A stretch of DNA of 64,000 nt from a virus (taxonomy: Duplodnaviria; Caudoviricetes): positions 32,001 through 96,000 of IMG/VR virus record IMGVR_UViG_3300037249_001000. The stretch is one strand, 5' to 3'. The notes beneath the pieces were generated by a model, which made no database searches, was not told the DNA's origin, and saw nothing but the letters and a program-made list of their open reading frames with translations. Of the stretch, positions 48,794 to 58,330 are shown one piece after another. Position 1 is the first letter of the stretch. Every line of letters begins with the position of its first letter. A program made the translations under genes and the position numbers.

Positions 48794-49108
48794 ATGAAAT
48801 ATACAACAATTGCATTCCTCATGAAAGTGAGGAATACATATAAAAGAAATAAAACAAGTAGAGAGAATTTTCTGCCTATTTGGGCAGATAAATTGTTACA
48901 AGATATCGGAAACATGGAGGACGTGTCCGATGAGTTCATTAACTTCATGAGCATAGTGGTTCAAAAGGGGAGTCCTTTATGGAATCCCCTTAAGGATTCA
49001 ATAATTGATTCAGATAATCCCAATCCTTACATGGAGTGGGAGTATGATGATATTATTATACCAGGGGGGATACCAGGTTTCCTGTATCCATTCTGTTTGT
49101 TGATGTAG
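48794..49108 (+). CDS. Early hypothetical protein
   Basis: AAGGAGGT SD; follows the promoter block. Confidence 0.7.
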   Translation: MKYTTIAFLMKVRNTYKRNKTSRENFLPIWADKLLQDIGNMEDVSDEFINFMSIVVQKGSPLWNPLKDSIIDSDNPNPYMEWEYDDIIIPGGIPGFLYPFCLLM

Positions 49109-49116
49109 GAGAAGAG

Positions 49117-49156
49117 GAGAGTTGTGAAAGGAGGTGAAAACCAACTCTCTTTTTTT
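49117..49156 (+). terminator. Terminator with AAAGGAGGTGA (SD) in its loop
   Basis: GAGAGTTG/CAACTCTC stem plus U tract. Confidence 0.8.
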
Positions 49157-49202
49157 ATTTTTTTATAGTTATATATAATTTAGGTATACATATTAAATAT
49201 TC

Positions 49203-49260
49203 GGAGAGCAACACTCCTACGACTAATTAAAGTTGCAGTCACCCAAGACGTTAAAATGGG
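49203..49260 (+). promoter_or_regulatory. Predicted tandem H-type pseudoknot 5' leader
   Basis: GGAG/CUCC with loop GCAAC pairing GUUGC; then GUC/GAC with loop CCCA pairing UGGG. Confidence 0.5.
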
Positions 49261-49276
49261 AGAAACGGAGATTATT

Positions 49277-50350
49277 ATGATTAGACATTATGAAGGAAAA
49301 TTAGGAGTATTTGATTATGATGATACTGAATGGGAAATTACAGAAACTGGTAGTAATCCTTATACACATGGTCGCTGTAAAGAAAGTCTTCGCTATATTG
49401 GAGATAAAGTTGAAGGTGAAGATATTATAATTCCCTTTGGAGTTAGTGATTGCTCTTATATGTTTGCAGGGTGCACATCTCTCACAACAGCACCTACGAT
49501 TCCTGAAGGAGTTAGTGATTGTGACTGCATGTTTATGGGGTGTACATCTCTTACAACAGCACCGATTATTCCAGATGGAGTAAGAGCTTGTTCAAGTATG
49601 TTTCATGGGTGTACATCTCTTACAACAGCACCTACGATTCCTGAAGGAGTTAGAGACTGTTGGGCAATGTTTAAGGGGTGCACATCTCTCACAACAGCAC
49701 CTACGATTCCTGAAGGAGTTACTGTTTGTGAATGCATGTTTATGCGGTGTACATCTCTTACAACAGCACCTACGATTCCTGAAGGAGTTAGAGAGTGTTG
49801 GGCAATGTTTGCAGGGTGCACATCTCTCACAACAGCACCTATAATTTCCAAAGGAGTTACTGTTTGTGAATGCATGTTTATGCGGTGTACATCTCTTACA
49901 ACAGTACCTATGATTCCTGAAGAAGTTGTAGACTGTTGGGCAATGTTTAAGGGGTGCACATCTCTCACAACAGCACCTACGATTCCTGAAGGAGTTATTA
50001 ATTGCTCTTATATGTTTGATGGGTGCACATCTCTCACAACAGCACCTACGATTCCTGAAGGAGTTATTGATTGTGACTGCATGTTTTGTGACTGTTCATC
50101 TCTTACAACAGCACCTCAAATTCCCGAAGGAGTTACAGATTGTTCATGGATGTTTAAGGGGTGCACATCTCTCACAACAGCACCTCAAATTCCCACAGGA
50201 GTTAGTGATTGCTCTTATATGTTTGCAGGGTGCACATCTCTCACAACAGCACCTACGATTCCTGAAGGAGTTATTAATTGCTCTTATATGTTTGCAGGGT
50301 GCACATCTCTCACAACAGCACCTGAAATTCCTGAAGCATACACATACTAA
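49277..50350 (+). CDS. BspA/DUF285-like LRR protein with 13 near-identical 23-aa repeats
   Basis: GVxxCxxMFxGCTSLTTAPxIPE x13; GGAG SD before ATG 49277; no signal peptide. Confidence 0.85.
   Translation: MIRHYEGKLGVFDYDDTEWEITETGSNPYTHGRCKESLRYIGDKVEGEDIIIPFGVSDCSYMFAGCTSLTTAPTIPEGVSDCDCMFMGCTSLTTAPIIPDGVRACSSMFHGCTSLTTAPTIPEGVRDCWAMFKGCTSLTTAPTIPEGVTVCECMFMRCTSLTTAPTIPEGVRECWAMFAGCTSLTTAPIISKGVTVCECMFMRCTSLTTVPMIPEEVVDCWAMFKGCTSLTTAPTIPEGVINCSYMFDGCTSLTTAPTIPEGVIDCDCMFCDCSSLTTAPQIPEGVTDCSWMFKGCTSLTTAPQIPTGVSDCSYMFAGCTSLTTAPTIPEGVINCSYMFAGCTSLTTAPEIPEAYTY
49439..50335 (+). repeat. Coding tandem array, 13 x 69 bp
   Basis: Unit core ...TGYACATCTCTYACAACAGCACCTACGATTCCTGAAGGAGTT... Confidence 0.95.
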
Positions 50351-50474
50351 TAATAAAGTTGTACAGATAATAGATTTATTTCTATTATCTGTACAACTTT
50401 TGTTTAAAACTTACTTTGATTATATATTATTTTTTTGTTTTGAAAATGTATTTTAATAAAAAGGAGATAATAAT

Positions 50475-52760
50475 ATGGCAGAAGTACAAAAGTATTCATT
50501 AAAAGAAAAATTAACAGAAGCTGACAAAAGTTTATATAGGTCACCTTCTCTTTATGGTATGAGTGCTTTAACTATACCACGTTACATCAATTCAATGAGG
50601 TCGGTTATGTTTACTAACCACCTCAAACAATTTTTAACTCCACTTGACCCTGATTATCCATTTGTATTTACAAATGCAGAAAATCTTGTTGGTGAACATA
50701 GTAGTGGTTATAGGAGAATAAAACATGAATCCGAAGTATACCGAAAAGTTGTTAAATATGAAGATATACTTGGTAGTGATGCAAACGTATACAAACTTTT
50801 TATTCTTGATAAAAAGAAAAAGAAGTTTGATGTAATTGAAAGAAAAGAAGTTGAAGACCTTACAGAAAATTTCGGTTTTAATTATAATAATGAAGAAATT
50901 GATAAATATTCTGAAGGTGATACTATAAAGAAAGATACCGTTCTTTATAAATCGACTTCTTATGACGATGATATGTTTTATGGTTATGGAAAGAATACAA
51001 CTGTAATGTATACATTAGACCCATATACATCTGAGGATGCAGCAGTTGCTCGCAGAGGTTATGCTGATAACTATAAAACTATTGAAACAGAAGTTATTCA
51101 AATTAAATTAAATGATAATGATTTTCTGTTGAATCTTTATGGTGAGGAAGATGGGGAATATAAACCTCTTCCAGATATTGGTGAAACATGCACTGGCATT
51201 CTTGGTGCAATAAGAACCCAATTCAATGATCAACTACTTTATGATTTTAAATCATCTTCATTAAATAAAATTCATGACGGTGATAGAATTATTTATGTAA
51301 ATGATACAAATGAAATTGTAGATATTACGATATTTTCTAATAACGAAGAAATTGTTGATACAATTTTCAATACTCAAATTAATAAATATCTTGAGTCTCA
51401 AAATAAATATTATCAAGAGATTTATGATACATGTAAAGAAATAGTTGAATTTTGTGATTTTAATGCAGGATATTCATATTCACAAGAAATAGATTATTTG
51501 TATAAACGTTCTGGTGAAATGTTGGATACTAAAAAGAGATGGAAAGAGGGTGACACATCTTTTGCTAATATGGTAATTGAAATAGTCATTCGCAAGGAAG
51601 TTCCTTTACGTAAAGGCTGTAAATTGAGTGGACGCTATGGGAACAAATCCGTTATCTCAGAAATTAGAGACGATGATAAAATGCCATTTACTGAAGATGG
51701 AAAGCCTGTTGATTTACTTCTCAATCTTCTTGCTATTATTAACAGAACAACTTCATTTGCTATCTATGAATTAATTATAACATCTATTTGTTATAAAGTT
51801 CGTCAGAAAATGAAAACATTAAATTCTTATGAAGATAAAGAAAAATTAATGTTCGATATAATTAATGAATTTAACGAAATTCAGTATGAAGACATGATAA
51901 AGAGTTATAACAAATTATCTGATTCTGAAAAGAAATTAGTTATAGATGAAGCAATAACCGAAGGCATCTATATTAATCAGTCACCTGTAAAAGAAACCAA
52001 ACCTATCTTTTATCGAATTAAAGATATTCTTGATAAATATGATTGGCTTCAACCAGATTTTGTATATATTAAAGATAGCAATGGTAGAAAGATTAAAACT
52101 CTTTCTCGTCATTGGATTGGAGATATGTACATTATTAAATTAAAGCAGTCTGATAGAAGAGGATTTAGTGCACGCTCTACTGGTACTGTTGATATTAAGG
52201 GAGTACCAACTCGGTCATTTAAATCGAAAAATCATATGGAAAAACACTCAGATTCTGCGATCCGTTTTGGTGAATCAGAGACATTGAACTTTTCTATAGG
52301 TGTTCCAAGTGAAGATATTGCATTATTTAATTCTGTTTATCGCACATCAATAAAAGGAAGAGAGCAACTTGTAAAAAGTATGTTTAATTTTGATGGAAAG
52401 AATAATGAAAATAAAACTAAAATTGATTCTGCATATACATCTCGTGTTGCAGAAATATTTGCAGTATTCTTTAAATCATTGGGACTTGAAATTGATTTTG
52501 TTGATGAAGATAGCGTTGTACGAGGTTATGATAATAATGAAATTAAACTTCATACTACTGATGATGGGGAAACTCTTCTTTGTACAGATTATGAGTTTTT
52601 CTTGAAACAGAGATATGATGAAATTAAAGAAGAGATTCTTAAAGAAAATATTATTATGACTGATGAACAACTTAAATCAGAAATTGAAGCAAGACTTAAA
52701 GAAAGGAAATTCATTAATGGACCGTTGTATGATGAAGATGGTTCATTATTGTTTGAATAA
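50475..52760 (+). CDS. nvRNAP beta subunit C-terminal half
   Basis: SEDA, KLSGRYGNKSVIS, MPFTEDGKPVDLLLN, YIIKLKQ, RFGESE; early promoter at 50423-50430. Confidence 0.9.
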   Translation: MAEVQKYSLKEKLTEADKSLYRSPSLYGMSALTIPRYINSMRSVMFTNHLKQFLTPLDPDYPFVFTNAENLVGEHSSGYRRIKHESEVYRKVVKYEDILGSDANVYKLFILDKKKKKFDVIERKEVEDLTENFGFNYNNEEIDKYSEGDTIKKDTVLYKSTSYDDDMFYGYGKNTTVMYTLDPYTSEDAAVARRGYADNYKTIETEVIQIKLNDNDFLLNLYGEEDGEYKPLPDIGETCTGILGAIRTQFNDQLLYDFKSSSLNKIHDGDRIIYVNDTNEIVDITIFSNNEEIVDTIFNTQINKYLESQNKYYQEIYDTCKEIVEFCDFNAGYSYSQEIDYLYKRSGEMLDTKKRWKEGDTSFANMVIEIVIRKEVPLRKGCKLSGRYGNKSVISEIRDDDKMPFTEDGKPVDLLLNLLAIINRTTSFAIYELIITSICYKVRQKMKTLNSYEDKEKLMFDIINEFNEIQYEDMIKSYNKLSDSEKKLVIDEAITEGIYINQSPVKETKPIFYRIKDILDKYDWLQPDFVYIKDSNGRKIKTLSRHWIGDMYIIKLKQSDRRGFSARSTGTVDIKGVPTRSFKSKNHMEKHSDSAIRFGESETLNFSIGVPSEDIALFNSVYRTSIKGREQLVKSMFNFDGKNNENKTKIDSAYTSRVAEIFAVFFKSLGLEIDFVDEDSVVRGYDNNEIKLHTTDDGETLLCTDYEFFLKQRYDEIKEEILKENIIMTDEQLKSEIEARLKERKFINGPLYDEDGSLLFE

Positions 52761-52866
52761 TAATTAATTGGTTGGGGCAATAAAAAAATATTGCCCCAAT
52801 TGGTTATATATTATTTTTTGGACTGCGTAGAAATATGTAGAATTTATAAATAAGGAGATAATAATT

Positions 52867-54099
52867 ATGGGTAAGAAACAATCAGTGCATATTAGACGTC
52901 TTAATTGGGACATTTCCTTTTATGCCGATATGCTAGACGGTAACGGATTTCAAATAATTGAACCATCTGGTATTTCGATTAATGGTATGAAGAAAAAATC
53001 ATTATATGGTGCTTCATCACCATTATATGGTACAAGTTATGAAGATGAACAATCGTTTATTGAACGATATAGATGTTCATGTGGTGAATTTAAAGGTAGA
53101 TTATTTGAAGGGGAAGAATGCCCACTTTGTCATACTAAAGTAGAATATAAATCTAGTAATATTAATGTTACTGGATGGATTTCTTTAGGTATTAAAAGAT
53201 GCATTAATCCATACTATTTCAATATTCTTCTTTCAGCAATAGGTAAAAATGTATTTACTGAAATTATATTTAGTAAATATCGTGTTACTACAGACGGTCA
53301 GAGAAAGAAATTAACAGCAGATGACCATATGGATGTAGTACCGGAATCAATTTATTCGTTTATTGGTATGAATGAGTTTTATAATAATTATGAAGAAATT
53401 CTCACATATTTTAAAAATAAGAAGAAAAATAAAGCTCACACTTTTGATGTTTTATTAAAAGAAAAAAGAGCTGTATTTACTTCTCACATACCAGTATATT
53501 CGACAATGTTAAGACCACAATCAATTACATCCGATACATTTTATTTTGGTAGTATTGATAAAATTATTAATACATTATATTCACTTAGTGAACACTTAAA
53601 AGATGCAACAGATGTAGAAGAAGATTATATTCTGGAAAGAATCCAGAAAAAAGTTAATAAAATGTGGGACATTAACCTTGAATTAATCAATGGTAAAGAA
53701 GGATGGGTAAGACATCAATTGCTCGGTGGTTCAATGAACTATACTGCAAGAAATGTAATTATTCCCGATCCGACTCTTCATGATAATGAAGTTGATTTAT
53801 CATATAATACATTTTTGGAGATGTATAAGTATAAGATTATTTATTATATCATGCAACTTGATAATACATCATTGTCCAGAGCATATGAGACATGGAAAGA
53901 TGCATTTAGATTTGATGAAAAAGTGTATCAAATTATGTTACATGTATTGGATAAAGAACAACCAAGATTATTGATAAATCGAAATCCTACATTGAATTAT
54001 TACTCAATGATATTAATGAAAATAAGAACTATTAAAAAAGATATCACCGATTATACCCTGTCAGTTCCGCTTAGCATACTGCCAGGTCTTAATGCGGAT
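52867..54099 (+). CDS. nvRNAP beta' subunit, exon 1 (joined to 54456..56786; about 1187 aa spliced)
   Basis: CSCG...CPLC Zn finger, LRP, GKEGWVR, ARNVI, NRNPTL, GLNAD|FDGD; early promoter at 52807-52814. Confidence 0.9.
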
Positions 54100-54455
54100 C
54101 AACTTTCAAGGTCCGAGAGCACAGTAATGTGTTTCTATGTACGTTGTGAACTCCTAACAAGAGGTGTGACGAAAGTTGCTAACGGTATCAGTTAAATAAG
54201 TCACTTAAGTTTAACTTAAGTAGAGCGAATACACTGACTAAGAAAGCCTGAGGTCCTGAAAAGGATAGCTTGGTAATACCGTGCTGTTATTTTTAAAAGT
54301 GATTTAAAAATAGTAGTGTAGAGACTAACAAAAGCAATTTTAAATTGTAAGTAGGGTAGGTTTTAGTTTGAGGGCTAGAATCGAAGTGCAACGCCCCTAT
54401 ATTAATATAGGGTGAAGATATAGTCCACGCTGTATCGAAAGATATGGGTTTCGTG
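54100..54455 (+). ncRNA. Group I intron (356 nt, no homing endonuclease) splitting NAD|FDGD
   Basis: P1 CGGAU/GUCCG with U.G; P10 UCAAG/UUUGA; R GUAGAGACUA; S GAAGAUAUAGUCC (54414-54426); terminal G; splicing restores NADFDGD. Confidence 0.92.
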
Positions 54456-56786
54456 TTTGACGGTGATATCTTAAATATAATAGGTCTTATGAATAAAGCA
54501 TTTGTATTCATGTTTAGAAAATATGACCCAGTAATGAGAATGATTATTAGTAGAGATTCACGTCTCATCAATGAATACTTTTCTATCAATAAAGGTCAGT
54601 TAATTGATTTGTATACATTTGCAACTTATGATGGTGAAGATGGTTGTAATACTGAAGAATATTATCCTGAAGAAGAAACTATTCAGAAAGATAAGTTTAG
54701 TCTTTTAGTAGATTCACCTATTATAAATAATACAAGAGAATTAAAAGCATGGTTAAAAGATATATATATCTTAGAGGATTATTTAGAGTCATATGAACAA
54801 TATAGAATATTCCAGACTAAGATTTATAATATTCTTAAAGGCTGTTTTGTAATTCCTCAGTGTAGAGATTATCCTATAAGATTTAAATTTACGGCTAATT
54901 CAAAAGAATATGTATTACCATTAAGATTGTTTATAATAAATACTATTCTTTGGTATCCATTTGTAGAACTTAATGGAATAAATGTTTTAGATGAATCGTT
55001 TATCATATTTAATCCAGAAGTATTACCTAATATTGAAAATTATCTTAATGATAATTTAATTAGTATCCTTACTGAGTATCATGTTAAGCCTTCAAGTATG
55101 AACTATGCTATTTCAGAAGTTTTGTACAATCTTAGAGGTATTTCTAATGATTATTCTATTATTCTTGGTTTGGATTTTAATATTCCTATGTTTACAAAAC
55201 TTTATTCTGAAAATGATAGAATACGAGAAATAATGGAGTGTCATTTTGAAAATGATGCTCAACCACATGAAATTGAACAAGAATTATCTGTATTGGAAAA
55301 GGAATTTATCGGTATTGTTACTGGATTGAAAGATAACCATTTAGGTATTGCATTAAGAGCTCAAACAGGTATTAAACATAAACAGCTTACAGAGTTTGCA
55401 ATATCTGAAGGACTTAAACCAGATATATCTGGTAGAACTATTCCAATTCCAATTCAAACATCAACATTGATTGGTGGTACTAATACACCTAGTGCACAAT
55501 ATATTGATGCAGCTGCAGCTCGTAAGTCATTGATTATGAATAAAAAGGTTATGGGTATTGCAGGTCATTTTGGTAAAACAGTTCTTATGAGTGCTCGTAC
55601 TCTTAGTATGAGTACAGAAGTCTCAGATTGTGGAACAAAACATCTGGTTGCTTATGATGTTTTGAATAAAACTATTCTTAAGAAACTTACTGGTAAATTT
55701 TATAGACTTACAGATGACCCTGAAGAAGAATTAAAACTTCTTAATGCAAAGAAAGATAAAAATCTTATAGGTAAGACAATTTATGTACGTTCCGCTGCAA
55801 CATGTGCTTGTAGAAATCAACATCATGTATGTGCTAAATGTGTTGGATTAACTGCTGTAATTAATGCAGATATTTCAGATGGTATTTCAGCATTTGAATC
55901 AGAAGAAATTACAAAAGTTGTTAATCAGAATATTCTTTCTGCAAAACATTTGTTGTCAACAAATTCTGAAGAGATTAAATTCAATAAAGAATTTTATGAT
56001 TTCTTTACAATTGTAGGTGGTGAAATAAATCCGATTGTTAATGAAAATTCTAATGTTAATATAAAGGATTATGCTATTTATGTTGACCCAAGTGATATTG
56101 TAAAGATGGAAGAAATGGATGATGATTCATTGTACAATACAGTTATTGAAACTGGTAGATTCTTCATTCGTAATATCAATGATCCATCTGAACCTGATAT
56201 TGTTATTCAAGTAGAGGGTGAGAAAGAAATCTTTATAGAGGAAAGTATATTGGCTTTATTAAGATCTGGTAATAACATGATTAAGTTTACAGACCTTGAA
56301 GATGATGATAAACTCTTTGAAGTTATTATTATGAATAATGAGTTGACAAAACCATTGTATGAGTTGATGCATTTGTTGGATAAACAGAGTAAGGATACTA
56401 TTAATATTGATATTGATTATATTAGTAATAAATTCCTTAGTTTGGTAATTGATGCAAAGATAGATGTATCTGCTATCGCATGTGAGCTTATTATTAATAG
56501 ACTTATTCGTTCAGCTGAAGATATTTATCGCCGTCCTGATTTCTCAAAGGATACGTTAGAACCATATGTAATTTTTACAGTGAGAAAATCATTGGAAAAG
56601 AATCCATCACCTTTGATGGGGATAGGTTTCCAGAATATTAAACGTCAGTTGTTATCGAATGATTTGTTTGAAAAGAGAACTGAAACATCATATATTGATA
56701 ACTTCTTTAAACCAACAATATCAACGGAGAATTTGTCTAAATATGCTGTTTATTATGATGAAAACTCATTAAACAGTCCTAAATAA
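54456..56786 (+). CDS. nvRNAP beta' subunit, exon 2
   Basis: FDGD, ARKSL...AGHFGK (bridge-helix-like), DCGT, RSAATC...CAKC, QNILSAKH (trigger-loop-like). Confidence 0.88.
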   Translation, partial: FDGDILNIIGLMNKAFVFMFRKYDPVMRMIISRDSRLINEYFSINKGQLIDLYTFATYDGEDGCNTEEYYPEEETIQKDKFSLLVDSPIINNTRELKAWLKDIYILEDYLESYEQYRIFQTKIYNILKGCFVIPQCRDYPIRFKFTANSKEYVLPLRLFIINTILWYPFVELNGINVLDESFIIFNPEVLPNIENYLNDNLISILTEYHVKPSSMNYAISEVLYNLRGISNDYSIILGLDFNIPMFTKLYSENDRIREIMECHFENDAQPHEIEQELSVLEKEFIGIVTGLKDNHLGIALRAQTGIKHKQLTEFAISEGLKPDISGRTIPIPIQTSTLIGGTNTPSAQYIDAAAARKSLIMNKKVMGIAGHFGKTVLMSARTLSMSTEVSDCGTKHLVAYDVLNKTILKKLTGKFYRLTDDPEEELKLLNAKKDKNLIGKTIYVRSAATCACRNQHHVCAKCVGLTAVINADISDGISAFESEEITKVVNQNILSAKHLLSTNSEEIKFNKEFYDFFTIVGGEINPIVNENSNVNIKDYAIYVDPSDIVKMEEMDDDSLYNTVIETGRFFIRNINDPSEPDIVIQVEGEKEIFIEESILALLRSGNNMIKFTDLEDDDKLFEVIIMNNELTKPLYELMHLLDKQSKDTINIDIDYISNKFLSLVIDAKIDVSAIACELIINRLIRSAEDIYRRPDFSKDTLEPYVIFTVRKSLEKNPSPLMGIGFQNIKRQLLSNDLFEKRTETSYIDNFFKPTISTENLSKYAVYYDENSLNSPK

Positions 56787-56919
56787 TTTTTCATTTAATA
56801 GTAACAGTATAATAAAAAAATCTTTTTGTTTTTCAAATGACATTACCTTCCTAAATAATTATAAAAAAAGAAAGATATGATACTGACCATCATATCTTTC
56901 TTTTTTCTTTTACCCATAA

Positions 56920-56931
56920 AACATTAGAATA
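56920..56931 (+). promoter_or_regulatory. AR9-type late promoter heading the 56966-61949 operon
   Basis: AACA TTAGAA TA. Confidence 0.55.
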
Positions 56932-56965
56932 AACCAGATTATATCAAAATAAAGAAGGTGACTTA

Positions 56966-57844
56966 ATGTATAATTTTGATAATGATCTAATAGACAAATA
57001 TGAACAGATTAAACATAAAATTTATGTTGAATATTGTAATAATAATATCACCCTTAATCAAAGAGAGATATTACTTAAACGTGCTCAAAATGATATTTTT
57101 AATAATGAATTTAATTTTATAATCGAATCTGATGAAAATGGAACTTCATCAGATATCATAGAACAAAAGCAATTAAAATCTATGGCAATAGGTAGAATGT
57201 TAGGAAAATTAGCATCAGAAAAAAAAGATTTGATCGAAGAATCAATAAAAAATATAGATGAAGAAAAACGAAACGATATTCATTTTATTTTTTTAAATCG
57301 TGACGATGAAGTTAATTCAATTATAAAAATATTAGATTATTTTTATAAATTTATTACAGATCCATCTAGTGATTCCGAAAATTATAATCATAGAAAAGAT
57401 GATTTAATTGCTGAATTAAATCATTCTTGTAAAAATGTTAAAATTGAATCATATTCGATAAATTCATATATTAATAAATTTAAGGTAGAATTTAATGATT
57501 CTGAAATTAATCAGTATGAAAAAAAGTATAATATGGCTTTTAGTAGTTCACATATAAAAGATATTTTAGAAAAATATCCAGATAATGTCGCAATTATTAA
57601 AAATTCATATACTGATTTTTTTCGTTGGTTTGATGTATTACTTGGATATAAGAATATGTATTTTAACCAAATGTGTAGATCAGTAAAAATTTCAGAAATA
57701 TATCAGAATCAATTATATGAAGATTATAATAATAACAAGAGTTCTTATAGTGATTTAAGAAGTGGTAACACATTATTACAAAAATTATTTCAATCAGTTT
57801 ATAAAGAATATTATGATGTTATTAATTCAAAATTTGAATATTAG
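56966..57844 (+). CDS. Probable virion/internal head protein with SHOCT-like leader
   Basis: KIYVEYCNNNITLNQREILL...FIIE-SD. Confidence 0.55.
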   Translation: MYNFDNDLIDKYEQIKHKIYVEYCNNNITLNQREILLKRAQNDIFNNEFNFIIESDENGTSSDIIEQKQLKSMAIGRMLGKLASEKKDLIEESIKNIDEEKRNDIHFIFLNRDDEVNSIIKILDYFYKFITDPSSDSENYNHRKDDLIAELNHSCKNVKIESYSINSYINKFKVEFNDSEINQYEKKYNMAFSSSHIKDILEKYPDNVAIIKNSYTDFFRWFDVLLGYKNMYFNQMCRSVKISEIYQNQLYEDYNNNKSSYSDLRSGNTLLQKLFQSVYKEYYDVINSKFEY

Positions 57845-57856
57845 AGGTGATAGTTT

Positions 57857-58324
57857 ATGACTCAAAAAGATCTTGTTATATTAGAAATATATAATAGATA
57901 TTCTCGTGGAGAAATAACGACCGAACAACGTGATTTATTATTTGATAAATGTGAAGAAGTATTTGATGAAAAAGGTTTGTTTAGTAAGAAAACAAATCCA
58001 TATGCTCAAGCATTTATGGATGATAATAATAAATTTATGCAAGACCAATTAAAACAACGTCAAGCTGCTGTATCACAATTACAAAGTTTAAATAGTACTT
58101 TAAAAAATCAAGAAAATAGTTCTAATAATAGATATTCTATGAGTAAATATGAATATGAATTAAAAAATCTTGATATGCAAATAAAAATGTGCAAAGAAAA
58201 AATGAAGAATCCATCTTCTAAAGAAGAAAAAAAGAAATTAGTTGATACTTTAAAAAATCTTACAACAGAATATAGACAAAAACAAAATGAATATAAAAAA
58301 ATACAAAAACAAGCAAAGAGGTGA
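57857..58324 (+). CDS. Probable internal head protein with SHOCT-like leader and coiled coil
   Basis: LEIYNRYSRGEITTEQRDLLFDKCEEVFDE. Confidence 0.6.
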   Translation: MTQKDLVILEIYNRYSRGEITTEQRDLLFDKCEEVFDEKGLFSKKTNPYAQAFMDDNNKFMQDQLKQRQAAVSQLQSLNSTLKNQENSSNNRYSMSKYEYELKNLDMQIKMCKEKMKNPSSKEEKKKLVDTLKNLTTEYRQKQNEYKKIQKQAKR

Positions 58325-58330
58325 TTTTTA

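Noticed and set aside
49439-50335. CRISPR array or DGR variable region
   Set aside because: Units are in-frame 69-bp coding repeats without unique spacers; variation is not adenine-specific, and no reverse transcriptase, template repeat or cas gene is seen in the window
54293-54589. Intron-encoded homing endonuclease
   Set aside because: Antisense 98-aa ORF with no LAGLIDADG/HNH/GIY-YIG motif; all three introns are only 356-401 nt
33817-56786. Stop-codon reassignment or inteins as the cause of broken RNAP/recA ORFs
   Set aside because: Other genes are full-length in the standard code, and each break is explained exactly by a group I intron that restores conserved motifs
56770-56850. Possible 24-aa minus-strand ORF (MSFEKQKD...)
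   Set aside because: SD-ATG spacing too short, overlaps the beta' stop, and no promoter evident
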